A stretch of DNA of 64,000 nucleotides from Torpedo marmorata (taxonomy: Eukaryota), in NCBI GenBank assembly GCA_977017645.1, contig OZ360222.1:133672001-133736000 (forward strand), in the 5' to 3' direction. The notes under the pieces were generated by a model. It did not search any database. It was given only the letters and a program-made list of their open reading frames with translations, and was not told the DNA's origin. The position numbers and the translations under genes were made by a program. This document shows positions 37,371 through 49,215 of the stretch, piece after piece; the stretch's first letter is position 1, and every line of letters starts with the position of its first letter.

Positions 37371-37629
37371 TGATGAAGGGACATTTGTACCTACCATTTC
37401 CTTTTATGTAACTAATGGAAGACAGTAGAAGCTAATATTAAAGCTAAGTATGATTGGTGTAAAAACTTGTAAGTGAAAGCTGATTGGTGGAACCTAAAAC
37501 AAAATTGAAATACATGCTGCAGCTCACCTCCACTGCTTATTTTGATCTTTAACATTCAGCAGCACTCTAAATGGTCAAGCTGCTTCTAGGCAGCTGAGAA
37601 TGTTTACTCCTTTTGGATTCTGGACTTTG

Positions 37630-38375
37630 TTTTTCTCAGTTCCATGTACCTATTGAATAGTCTCTTAAAAGATCCGATTTGTATCTGCGTCCACTGTTGC
37701 CAGCAGTGCGTTCCATGACCCACCACTGTGTGAAAAACATGCCTCTTGCACCCCCTGCTCTTGCTCCCAAAACACCTTAAAACTATGCCCCCTCGCGTTA
37801 GTCATTTAAGCCTGGAGGGGGGCAGGAAGCCTCTAGCCATCCCCACAATGCCTCTCAACATCTTGTACACCCCTCATCCTCTGTCGCTCCAAGGAATAAG
37901 ATTAAGTTCACTCAACCTATCCTCTTAAGGCATGCTCTCCAATCCAGGCAGCATCCTTGTAAATCTCCACTGCACCCTCTCTATAGCATCCACATCCTTC
38001 CTGTAGTCAGGTGACCACAACCGAATACACAATTCCAAGTGGGATCTAACCAAGGTCGTGTATAGCTGCAACATTACCTCATGGCTCTTGAACTCGATCC
38101 CACAGTTAATGAAGACCAACACGCCATACGCCTTCTTAACAACCTGGCAGCAGCTTTGAATGTCCTGTGACTATGGACCCCAAGATCTCTGTTTGTCCAT
38201 ACTGCTCAGAATCCTCTTGCTAACATTGTATTCGGCCTTTAAATTTAACCTACTGAAAAGAGTCACTTCACACTTTTCTGGGTTAAACTTCATCTGCCAC
38301 TTCTCAGCCCAGCTCTGCATACTATCAATGCCCCTTTGTAACCTCTGGCAACCCTCCAGACTATCCATAACACTA
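37630..38375 (-). mobile_element. CR1 3' fragment
   Basis: WAEKWQMKFNPEKC, YRKDVDAIERVQWRFTRMLPG. Confidence 0.85.
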
Positions 38376-38570
38376 CCAATATTGATTGAAACTCGCACAA
38401 GTTTGATAATGCCATGATATTTAATATTTTATAAAATCAATGGCAAGATGTTTCGACATTCTGTGTGTTTAAGAGCCCTACTTGGCAGCAGTGAGATCCA
38501 GCGTCTTTTGGATTACTCTGACGAGAATGTGCCCTGTAGCTGACCTGTCTGTTAAATCTGCCTTTTATAG

Positions 38571-38807
38571 ATGTGGTGCGGCCCTAAACCCTGCCAACTT
38601 CGTGGCAAAGGCCGTAGCGATTGTCCAGCTTGGCAAACGTGCCTCCCCGTGCGGGAGGACCACTGTTTCGTCCCTCCGTGTGTGGGCTTGGGTGAGTGCT
38701 CATCAAGTCGTCCGCCAACAAAAACCAGGTGCCAGCCCAGCACGGACTACCTGGATGGTACTTGTGCCAAGATCACGCTTGCCATTAACAAAGAGATGCT
38801 ACAACCG
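38571..38807 (+). CDS. JAG1: Jagged-1 exon 23 (Cys-rich domain)
   Basis: ttatag|ATG...CCG|gtacgt; 237 nt; MWCGPKPCQL...CAKITLAINKEMLQP. Confidence 0.95.
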
Positions 38808-39149
38808 GTACGTAATCGTGATGACTGCGGTGGCCATTTGAACAGGCTTGTTCATGTGATAATGGTGGAGGTCAGTCAGCTTCTACAAGCTGTTCTGTTC
38901 AGTGAAACTGTGGGTACTCTGTAGATTCACTGTTTGCCAGCCTTCGTTCCTTCTCGCTACCTTGACTAGAAAGTGTAATTTTAAAGTTAACTGAACAGTA
39001 GGTAAGTTCATTACCTTTGCGTAAAGTTAGTGTTCCCTGCTTTTTCTCCTGTAAAAATTGACTGTTATTTCCAAGATTGTTTCCCACTTCCTAAAATTAA
39101 CCCACCAGCAGGAAGAGGTTTCCTGTCTACTCTGGAATTAAAACAGATT

Positions 39150-39845
39150 AGTGCAGCAGAGAATTACGGTATGTTCAGCCTACAATGTTGTGCCGACCCA
39201 TCTAAACTTACTCCACATCACTCTAACTATTCCCTCCTTCATCGTCCACAACCCACCCCCCCCCCCCATTATTGTTGTATCCCTGTGCATATGAGTCTTT
39301 TAAAATGTCCCTATTGTACCAGCCTCCACCACCATTCCAGGCACCCACCACTCTCTGCATAAAATACCTTCTGAAATCTCCCCTAAACTTTCCTCCACTC
39401 GCCTTAAACAGAAGTCGACTGGTATTAGCCATTATCGCCCTGGGATAAAGGTGCTGCTTGTCCACTCTATCTGTGCTCCTTGTGCACGTCTATTAAATCA
39501 CTTGTCATCCTAGTTTGCTCAACCTTTCCACACAAGATATGTTCTGTAATCCAGCTACATCCTGGAAAATCTCCTCTGCTCTTTCCAAAGCTTCTACATC
39601 CTTCCTATAATGAGGCGAGCAGAATTGAACACAATACTCTCAAGTGTGGTCTAACCAGAGTTTTATAGAGCTGCAACATTACCTCAAAGCTTTTGAACTC
39701 AGTCCCCTAAGTAATGAAGGCCAACGCACCATAAACCTTCTTAACCACCCTATCAACTTGCGCTGTAACCTTAAGGGAACTATGGATTCGGACCCCAAGA
39801 TCCCTCTGTTCCTCCATACTGCCAAGAATTCTATCAACCTTAAAT
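39150..39845 (-). mobile_element. CR1 3' fragment
   Basis: EQRDLGVRIHSSLKVTAQVDRVVKK, FKASGGKFRGD. Confidence 0.85.
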
Positions 39846-39972
39846 TCTGAAGCCTCTTTAAATCTGCCCCTCCCTTTAAATTTCGGGAATTTTGCAATGT
39901 TACTGACTGGTTCTGCCTTTTCATTGTGTCCATTGTGGCTCCTTGGTTGCATTTGATTTGATTTGATTTTAG

Positions 39973-40101
39973 GGTGTTACTATTGAACAAATTTGTGTGG
40001 AATTGAGGCGTCTCCAGGTTTTGCGCAACCTGTCAGTGGAACATTCGCTTTACCTTGTCTGCGAACAAACCAGCTCTGCCAATGAGATTAACGTGGCAAT
40101 A
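39973..40101 (+). CDS. JAG1: Jagged-1 exon 24
   Basis: ttttag|GGT...ATA|gtaagc; 129 nt; GVTIEQICVELRRLQVLRNLSVEHSLYLVCEQTSSANEINVAI. Confidence 0.94.
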
Positions 40102-40189
40102 GTAAGCATCTTCTTGCATCACCAAAATTTCAAATAGACCTGGTTATGTTAACTTTACCTTGCTTAACTTCTCTATTGCTTTTCCCCAG

Positions 40190-40340
40190 TCGGTGGAAAA
40201 TTCACAGCAGGAAACTAATCCAATCAAGGATTTGACTGAGAGAATTACTGATGTCATCAGTAAGCGTGATGGAAACAACTCCATTCTTGCATCAATTGCA
40301 GAGGTTCGAGTGCAAACGGTGCAGGAACCACTGAAGCCAG
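40190..40340 (+). CDS. JAG1: Jagged-1 exon 25 (juxtamembrane region)
   Basis: ccccag|TCG...CCAG|gtaaga; 151 nt; SVENSQQETNPIKDLTERITDVISKRDGNNSILASIAEVRVQ. Confidence 0.95.
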
Positions 40341-40889
40341 GTAAGATTCTGTGCATATTGAGAGCTTTGTAAAAGGGAGGTCCAAATCCTGGTTTGCCTG
40401 AGATACGTCTGAATGGGGAACATGGGACAAATGAATAGCCATGTCAGCTTGTGTTGCTGCTGCCCTCACTGGTAAATCGGAAGTGCGTTGAGGGCAGGAT
40501 CTCTGAAGCCCTTTTTGCAAAGAAGTGGTGTCAAATGCAAAACATGCTTTGGCACCAGATAGTCTTCAAAATATATAACTATATAACACTTACAGCACAG
40601 AAACAGGCCAGTTCGGCCCTTCTAGTCCATGTGGAACACCTTCTCCCACAAAATCTGCCTGACGAACCTGGATACCTGGTTCTGCAATCAGATGAGACAA
40701 GCAGACTTTTAACAATGAGAGTGTGACCAGGATTAGTGTCATGCCCACTGGGTTATTTTTTTTCCCCATCCACATTTACTCACCTGCCCCCACCCCAAGC
40801 AGATAAAAAATTGCATGTTTTTTGCCTTGTAGACTTGCTGTTCCAAGGCTGGACGGAAATGCTGTGACTTTATTTCAGCACACTGTCCA

Positions 40890-41122
40890 GAGAGTTTCAG
40901 GCTGATCCCATCAAAAAGCAGACAAGGGTGTGGAGGTTATGATGTGGTGGGGTCGCGCGGAAGTATTGGAGGATAATGTGTCAGCGGTGGGGACTGGTAG
41001 GGTGAAGAATGAAGACCAGAGGGACTCTGTCCTTGCTCTGCCTGGGGTGATGGGTGGGGTGAGGGCAGAGTACGAAAAATGGAGGTGATACGGGTAAGGG
41101 CTTCATCATTGACAGCAGGGGA
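40890..41122 (-). mobile_element. Penelope-like internal fragment
   Basis: GGAGGATAATGTG...AGGGACTCTGTCCTTG resembles the NKHRVPLILTYHPTSL-coding region of the 51922-53345 element. Confidence 0.6.
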
Positions 41123-41124
41123 TC

Positions 41125-41330
41125 AAATGCTGCCTAGATGTCAGTGGCAGTAACTCTCATTTCACCTCTAGAATTCAGCTCTTCGTGTGGACCAGGACTG
41201 TAATGAGGTCAGGAGCTGAGTGACTTTGGAAGAACCCAGACTGAGGTGTGAGCAGGCTGTTGCTGAACAAGTGCCACTTGATAGCAGTGCCCATTGCTTT
41301 GCTAATAGAGAATTCATGGGGCAGTTACTG
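41125..41330 (-). mobile_element. Degraded LINE RT fragment, clade uncertain
   Basis: - strand gives LGSSKVTQL/APDLITVLV/ELNSRGEMRVTATD-like pieces of an RT domain. Confidence 0.5.
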
Positions 41331-41580
41331 TTCCCATCCTCATTTAAAATGAGTGCACGAGTTTAGCGGCTATCTGTGATTGGTGATGAGGAATGTGAAC
41401 CCAAGAGATACCAAGTTAATGGCATCAATTTACTTGGTGCCTTGGCTGATACAATGTGGTTTGAGGATGAATGCTGAAATCTGTTGTATCAGTCCATGGT
41501 GCCTATTACTTGCCAGGGAAGGTACCAGAGACTGCTTGTTCCTTTTGTCTAACTTCATCCTCTCCTTTCTCGCCCAGCAG

Positions 41581-42032
41581 ATTTCCTGGTCCCTTTGCTG
41601 AGCTCTGTAATCACTGTTGTTTGGATCTGTTGCTTCGTAACATTATTCTTCTGGTGGATACGGCGTCGAAGAAAACACAGCAGTCCCACTCCGGGGTCTG
41701 ATGACACCACAAACAATGTTCGAGAGCAGCTGCATCAAATAAAAAATCCCATTGAAAAGCACGAGACAAATAGTTCTGCCAGCAAAGACTACGAAAACAA
41801 AAATTCGAAAATTGCCAAAATAAGGACGCACAATTCAGAGCTTGAAGAAGTAGATGTAGACAAGCACCAACAGAAGACGAGGTTTTCCAAGCAGTCGGCA
41901 TATACACTGGTAGACAGAGATGAGAAATCTGTACAAGGCACTCCTACTAAAAACCCCAATTGGACAAATAAGCAAGATAACAGAGACTTAGAAAGTGCAC
42001 AGAGTTTGAGTCACATGGAATACATTGTATAG
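41581..42032 (+). CDS. JAG1: Jagged-1 exon 26 coding part (TM helix, intracellular domain, PDZ-binding MEYIV end)
   Basis: cagcag|AT acceptor; [33 protein letters not shown] and stop-transfer; [24 protein letters not shown] and terminal MEYIV-stop are typical of JAG1. Confidence 0.97.
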
Positions 42033-43600
42033 CAATCAGCGGTGCTGCCTATTTAATATTAAAGATGCACAGCCTTTTGCTATCCCTGAAGGTTTAGTCA
42101 TAGTTCCTAAATAGTTCTGTAATATAATGTAAAGGGTATTATCAGCAAAGAACCTCAGTTTGTCTTCAATGAACAGACGTACCCTGGCATTGATGGTTGC
42201 TGTGGTTGGCAGAGATTACATGGGCTGTATCTCATGTCTATGCAAATCTCGTCAGAGTACCCTGATGGAAATTCAGCTGCAGTTTATGCTTTGCTGAACC
42301 ATTCTTCTATTAAATGAGTCTAATTAGGATTCCATATCCTTTTGAACTGAAATCTAGTTGTAGGTGTTTGCCCAGTCCTGATTTAATTTAAGATGGTGAA
42401 TTTTTATTTATTTTACTGGCTCAAATTTCTCAGTATTGTTAAGTTATGTACAATAGGTTTGACTTTGTTTGTCTAGTTCTGTGTATGAAAGTGCCTTTAC
42501 AGCTGGAAACCACAGCAGTCATCAAAATCCAAGATGATACTTTTTTTTGGGGGGGGGGGGTGGGTGGTTGGGCACGAGTCAGCAGTTGCTGTTCAGATGA
42601 AGAATTTAATAAAAGGCCAAGTGTTTATGATTTTGTATAAATGTAAATACTTTTTTTAATTAATCACTGTGTATATTTGATTTAATAACTTAAATAATCA
42701 AGAGCCTTAAATACCATTCCTTTTATTTATATGTATGTTTAGATTTGAAGGTTTTTGATAGCTTTGTAAGCTTGTGGCTCCTTTATTTTTGATGAATTGT
42801 TTCTTTGTGTTTCAGTAATGTTGCCTACATGCCAAATTTGAGGTGTGCTCTAGTTGCAGAATGGATTATTTTTTAACACTAGAATTGGCCCCGTGCCTTG
42901 GAACTGTTTTGTACAGTCAGAAATTTTTGGATCAATTTCTATACGATCACTTCAAGCTCTTTCTTTATTTTGGCCAAGAGTTTTTTTGTACGCATCAAAA
43001 GGACATGCGGAGAGCATTAGACTAGAATGCTTTGATAATTGCTGCTTTAGAGTTTAAAACATTGGAGTGACAGGGCAGACAGTCTGCAACAAAATACAAG
43101 TAAGGGAACAAATTAACCTATTTACTTTTGTGTAACTGAAATGTGAGTGGTTGCATGTACAAGAAAAAAAAATTGTATATCTCTAGATAGTACATTTGAG
43201 TTAAAAGCACAGCACATTGTTTTGTAAATCCTGATCTTTCACCTTGGATATAATATTGAACCACTTGTAGATTTGATTTTTGTGATAACATTACCTGCAT
43301 TTAGGAAGTATTCTAATAATAAGCTAGCTGTTGAATATCTGTACTTGAATGGTAGATTTTTCCAGTGAGATTGCTGTGGGATAACATGTCACACTGCCTG
43401 CCTGACCTAAGGATATTCAAGTTCTGAAAAGTATAATCCATGCAATTATCTGGAACGGCTCTTAAACATGGTAATCTCATTGGTGAAATCTTGGTAACGA
43501 TGTTTTCTTGTGTATTGTGACATTAGTGTTATATGAACATGAGGATGCATCATTGTGTTGCTCCTGGCAATAAATTTTGGAAATTAATATTTATTAAATA
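42033..43600 (+). other. JAG1: JAG1 3'UTR (AU-rich, TE-free, several miRNA seeds); end is approximate
   Basis: Follows the stop codon; no recognisable repeats; AATAAA at 43569-43574 followed by GT/T-rich sequence. Confidence 0.75.
43569..43574 (+). terminator. Polyadenylation signal of JAG1 (a proximal AATAAA also lies at 42608-42613)
   Basis: GGCAATAAATTTTGG, with a TGTGCT/TGTTATGTGCTTTCTTTT downstream element. Confidence 0.7.
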
Positions 43601-44490
43601 TTTTGATACAACAATGTGCTACTGTTATGTGCTTTCTTTTAAAACGTGCATTTCCATTTCTAAAACATGAACATAATTGGTTCTAAAAAAAAATACCTGT
43701 TGGACTGATCTGCTCTGCAAATTTTATTTTTGATTATTACAAAATAACATTGGCAATCCTAGTATCTTCAAACAATTGCCTCATATAATACATTACAGTT
43801 CACTCAGTGTTTTCAAACTGGAATGTATCTTAAATTCTGGGGCATTTGCAACAAGCTTTGTCAAGTTAATCAGCTTTATACGTGACTGTTAATATTAACT
43901 TTCCAAACCCCTCTCTACTTGCATTCTACTACATTGGCTTCATTTGTCACTTGGTCTTCTAACTGATTTGTGACCAGACACCATTTCTGAAGTGGAGATG
44001 CTGCTGTACTCTGGCTGTGTCGTATACTTTGTTCCTAGAAGGTATCTGTAGGTTTATGTTGCTGCGCAGTGTAATACCTTGTTTAAGTACTGGCTTCCCA
44101 AATCTGTGGTTGCATTAGTATTGTCAAACACCTTTTGTATGTTACTTTCTCGTTCTTGCTCTCCAGGTTGTCCCAATTTGATTGAGTTGTTGCTACATGA
44201 CAAGTGTTTGATTCTTTGTAAATGTCTGTATGGTATGAATTTTTTGTGCCCATTTTTCATAAAATCCCAATAAAATTTTTGAACAGAAAATTCTGATTTT
44301 ATGAGAAACATTACACTCAAAGCTATCACTCTGTTTGACCAGGCTATTATGTGGGTTGAGGGGTGATACTGTGAGAGATTAACAGGAAAGGAAATCAACA
44401 GGAACTGATCCTTGGACTAAAAGCTTTATAAACACAGGAGTCATTCAAAAACTGTTGATGGTAATGGTGCTCGAACTCCAGATAGAGCTA

Positions 44491-44592
44491 AAAAACACAC
44501 ATGCTGGAGAAACTCAGCAGGTCAAACAGGGTCTTTTGTAGCAACGGTAGAAATACTTCAACCAAGGTGTCTACAGATTTTCGTGTTTTACT
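44491..44592. mobile_element. 102-bp Penelope-like insertion with internal inversion and 14-bp TSD
   Basis: TSD TCCAGATAGAGCTA at 44477-44490 and 44593-44606; antisense then sense pieces of the PLE 3' tip. Confidence 0.88.
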
Positions 44593-45689
44593 TCCAGATA
44601 GAGCTAGGTGACCAATATCCTGATTTGGATTCGGTGATAGTGAAAGCACAAGTTTAACGATCAAGATTGACAAATTGTATGTGAACTGGAAAGAACTGCA
44701 TTAGTGATGGGCCATCTTCCATGGCCCATTATAATCATAAACATTAAAACGTGTGCTTTTGAAATAAACAGAACAGGCTGCACAGAATAAAGGCAGGAAA
44801 ATTCCCAAGTATTTTGCGCAAGTGGGAGCAATGTAATAATTACTGGACTGGACATGGCCAAGACTGCAGCACTGTTGAATGTTATCATTTATCCCACTTG
44901 TACTTTGAAGTTTTATTTTGGAAACCATGCTTCTCTCTGTTACAATGAGTGCCTCTACCTACTTGTTTCTACCTTACTACCCAGTGTCTGAGAATGAACA
45001 ATAGCTTTGTTAATTACTGATCCAGGTGTCCCTAATTAACCTTTTCAAACACTGAGTTGATATTTGCTCATAGTTGAGAGAAATGAAAATGTTGGTTGAT
45101 TAGCATTCAAAATGTTGGCTGTGTTGCAAAGGCATTTGCCTTCCAACCTCTGGTCTTTAGTTTGAGTCTTGATGCTGAGAGAATTTTGACTACGTGCCAC
45201 ATGTGTATGCTCTCTGCCAGACTTTTTTGGGGGGGCGGGAGGCTCTGAATGAAGCAAAATAAGAAATTACTAATTTTGGCCTTAGCCGATCAAACTATAC
45301 AATGGATTTTTTTTTTTTTTTTTAAAGTGACAAACCAGCATGCAATTGTTTGCCCTAACAAAGTTACAGTTACCCTATTCTGAATATGGTATCTTGCAAA
45401 TACTGCTAGGATATAGTCAGGACAATTGATGTATGCACAGTTCCTCTTGTAATTGATTTAGAATGGAGTTTGTTCTCATCATGGACAATAGTGATTGTAA
45501 CCCAGTATGAAAATAATGGTCATTCCAAATGCATGTTCTCTACCATGTGCATAGCTGTGTCCTGTTCAGTCCCTGACATGTGTAGAGCTTGAAATTAATT
45601 TATTTTGTTACTGCCTTTTGTTGCTGTTGCACCCATCTCTATCTTTTAACATTAGGGGTTTTTATGCTCAAAACCTGCTTTATCGCCTG

Positions 45690-45943
45690 CTCGTTTTTTT
45701 TTTAAAAAAGCCGAATTTACCTTTTTATGCTGACGAGTGAAAATGCGGATCGCGCGGTGCTTTTATGCAGGGGTGATTCGAAGCCGGCTTCCGAAGCTGA
45801 AGGAGGCGGGGAGAGTAGGCGGGGAGAGTAGTGCAGTAGCGCCGCCCACCATCGTGACGTGAAACATACGCACCGGGAAGGGAAAGCGGCCTATACTCAA
45901 AATGGCAACTGAAAAGCAGGTACGAGCGCTAGTGGAGATCTGT
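45690..45943. promoter_or_regulatory. CpG-rich promoter-like segment (left half)
   Basis: CpG-dense; two GGCGGGG GC boxes, TGACGT CRE-like site, AAAATGGC YY1-like site, then CAG|gtacga donor-like site. Confidence 0.6.
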
Positions 45944-48900
45944 ACAATAGACAATAGGAGCTGGAGTAGGCCCTTCGGCCCGTCGAGCCAGCACTGCCAT
46001 TTTACATATCATGGCTGATCACTACTATCAGTACCCCTTTCCAGCCTTATCCCCATAACCCTTAACTCCTCTGCCCACTAGAGTCTTATCTAACTCTCTT
46101 TTGAACATAATCAGCGAATCTGCCTCTACCACCCTCTGTGGCAGAGCATTCCACAGATTCACACTTCTCTGGGTAAAAAAAATTTTCCTCATCTCCGTCC
46201 TAAAGGGCCTTCCCTGTATTCTTAAACTATGCCCTCTAGTCCTCGTCTCTCCCATCATTGGGAACAAGTAATCCGACTTCACCCTGTCTATCCCCTTGAT
46301 AATTTTGTATACCTCAATCATGTCCCCCCTCATCCTTCTAAACTCCATCGGATACAAGTCCAGTTTTTCTAGCCTTTCAGCATATGTCAACCCTGCCATC
46401 CCTGGAACTAACCTTGTAAATCCGCGCTGCACACCCTCTATAGCTAGTATGTCCTTCCTCAAATTTGGAGACCAGAACTGGACGCAATACTCCAGGTGGG
46501 GTCTCACCAGGGCCCTGTACAACTGCAGAAGGGCGTCTCTGCTCCTATACTCCAATCCCCTCTTTATGAAAGCCAACATGCCATTTGCCTTCTTCACAGC
46601 TTTCTGAACCTGCATGTTAGCCTTCAGTGACCGGTGAACAAGTACACCCAGATCCATTTGCACTTCCCCACTCCCTAGCTTGTCTCCATTTAAATAATAC
46701 TCAGCTTTCCTATTACTGCCCCCAAAATGGATAACTTCACATTTGCTCACATTGAACTTCATCTTCCATTCTTCAGCCCACTCCCCCCAACCTGTCCAAG
46801 TCCCTCTGCATTTTCCTGACATCCTCCTCACACTTTACACCGCCACCCAGTTTAGTGTCATCTGCAAATTTGCTCATGTTATTAATAATCCCATCATCCA
46901 AATCATTTACAGAAATGACAAACAACTGAGGACCCAACACCGATCCCTGCGGCACTCCACTCGTCACATCCTGCCATCCTGAAAAAGACCCGCTTACCCC
47001 AACCCTTTGTTTCCTATTTCTTAACCAACTTCCTATCCATGTCAGCACCTTACCTCCAATACCATGCTCCCTGATCTTGCCCACTAGTCTCCCATGCGGG
47101 ACCTTATCAAAAGCCTTCTGGAAGTCCAAATACACCACATCCACTGGCTCTCCCAAGTCCACCCTCTTTGTCACATCTTCGAAAAATTCCAGAAGGTTAG
47201 TCAAGCATGACTTACCCTTAAGGAATCCATGCTGACTAGCCCTTATACTATTATTTCTGCCTAAGTGTTCTGCTATTACTCCTTTTATGATAGATTCCAA
47301 TATCTTCCCCACCACTGACGTCAGGCTGACCGGTCTATAATTTCCCGTTTTCTCCCTCCCTCCCTTCTTAAAAAGTGGCACCACATCAGCCACTCTCCAA
47401 TCCACAGGGACCTCCCCCGAATCTATGGAACTTTGGAAAATGTCGACCAGTGCCTCCACAATTTCCAGAGCAACCTCTTTAAGCACCCTGGGATGCAGCC
47501 CATCAGGCCCTGTGGATTTATCAGCCCTCAGTCCCAACAATTTACTCACAACCTTCTGCTTCTGGATCCGGATATCCATCAGATCCCCTACTTCCCCAGG
47601 AAAGTTCCCCAAGTCTCTTGATACCGCATGACCACTACCCCCTAACTGACCATAACCTATATCCTCCTTGGTGAAGACAGATGCAAAGTATTTGTTAAAT
47701 TCCTCAGCCATTTCCTTGTTTCCAGTAATAATTCCACCCTTTTCCATTCTTAATGGACCAATTTTAGACCGAACCAATTTCTTCCTCTTCACATATTTAA
47801 AAAAGCTTTTGCTATCCTCTATTATATTATTTGCTAATTTCCTCTCGTATTTCATTTTTCCCCTCTCGTATGACTTTCTTAGTTACCCTCTGATGTTCTT
47901 TGAAGGTTTCCCAATCCTCTAACTTCCCACTCTGCTTCGCTATCTTATACTTACTCCCTTTGGACTTGATATTGCACTTGATTTCATTAGTTAGCCACGG
48001 CTGCCATTTGCATCTCCTAGAGCCTTTCCTCCACTTTGGAATGAATTTGTCCTGAATCCTGTGAAAAATGTCCAAAAATACCTGCCATTTTTCCCCAGTT
48101 GTCCTCCCAGCTAGTGTATCTTTCCATTTTATTTTGGCTAGCTCCTCCCTCATAGCTGCATAATCCCCTTTATTTAACTGCAGTACAGATGCTTCCGACT
48201 TCCTTTCTTTTTCCCTTTCTAATTGCAGATCAAAAGTAACCATACCATGGTCACTATTCCCTAATGGCACCCCTACTTCAAGGTCACTTATTAACTCTGC
48301 GTTGCTGCACAGCACCAAGTCCAGAATCGACTTCCCCCTGGTTGGTTCCTCCACTAGCTGCTCCAAGAATGTATCTCGTAGACATTCTATAAACTCACTC
48401 TCTTGTGTTCCTGCCCCCGTCTGATTTTCCCAGTCCACCTTCATGTTGAAGTCCCCCATAACTACCGTATTGCTACCACTTTGACATGCCACTCTTAATT
48501 CCTGATTTATACTACTTCCTATATCTGAGCTACTTTTCGGAGACCTGTAAATGACCCCCATTATGGTCCTCATGCCTTTGCAATTTCTTAATTCTATCCA
48601 AACAGACTCTACCCCACCTGTTTCAATGTCTTTCCTTTCAAACGCCTGAATTTCATTTCTTACCAACAGAGCTACCCCACCTCCTCTTCCTAATTTTCTG
48701 TCCTTTCTATAGGACGTGTACCCTGGAACATTTCCCAATCCTGTCCCTCCCGCAGCCATGTCTCCGTTACTCCGATAATGTCATAACCTCCCATTGCCAT
48801 TTGCGCCTCAAGCTCATCCATTTTATTCCTTACACTACGTGCATTCATATACAATACCTTGATACCATATCTCCTTTCTCCCTCCACCTTTGTTCCTGAT

Positions 48901-48950
48901 GCACTTGCCCCTACTCTCCTATCACTTTTAGTTCCCTTTTTCCTTAGGAC
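45944..48950 (-). mobile_element. Young CR1 LINE with nearly complete ORF2 (APE endonuclease and RT), few frameshifts
   Basis: YMNARS, GVTETW, MGDFN, SDH, YRPVSLTS, GVPQGSVLGP, KFADD; octamer-type tail ACAATAGACAATAG on + strand. Confidence 0.95.
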
Positions 48951-48954
48951 TTAG

Positions 48955-49215
48955 GACTCAGGCAGATCTTTTGCGCAACGTAATCGCCTTTTTTGACCAT
49001 ATGGGTTCTTTAAAATTCGCGCTCTTGGGTCGCGGGCTGACAGTGACATCGCAACGTCATCAGCCCTCCCCTTTGGAGCCGTATTCAGCGGCAATCCTTT
49101 TACAGAGGAGGTGGAGTGACTTCGCTCCACCTCTGACACTACCCCCCTAGGCGGAGGGAACGTGGAGCAAGTTGGACCAGCCAATCCTCCTTTGGACCTT
49201 TTATGGAGGTAAGTG
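48955..49215. promoter_or_regulatory. CpG-rich promoter-like segment (right half) ending in a strong splice donor
   Basis: Many CpGs, ACGTCA, GGCGGAG, CCAAT; GAG|gtaagt at about 49208. Confidence 0.5.

Noticed and set aside
45936-48969. AGATCT on both sides of the CR1 as a TSD
   Set aside because: The hexamers do not abut the element ends, and a 6-mer match can be chance
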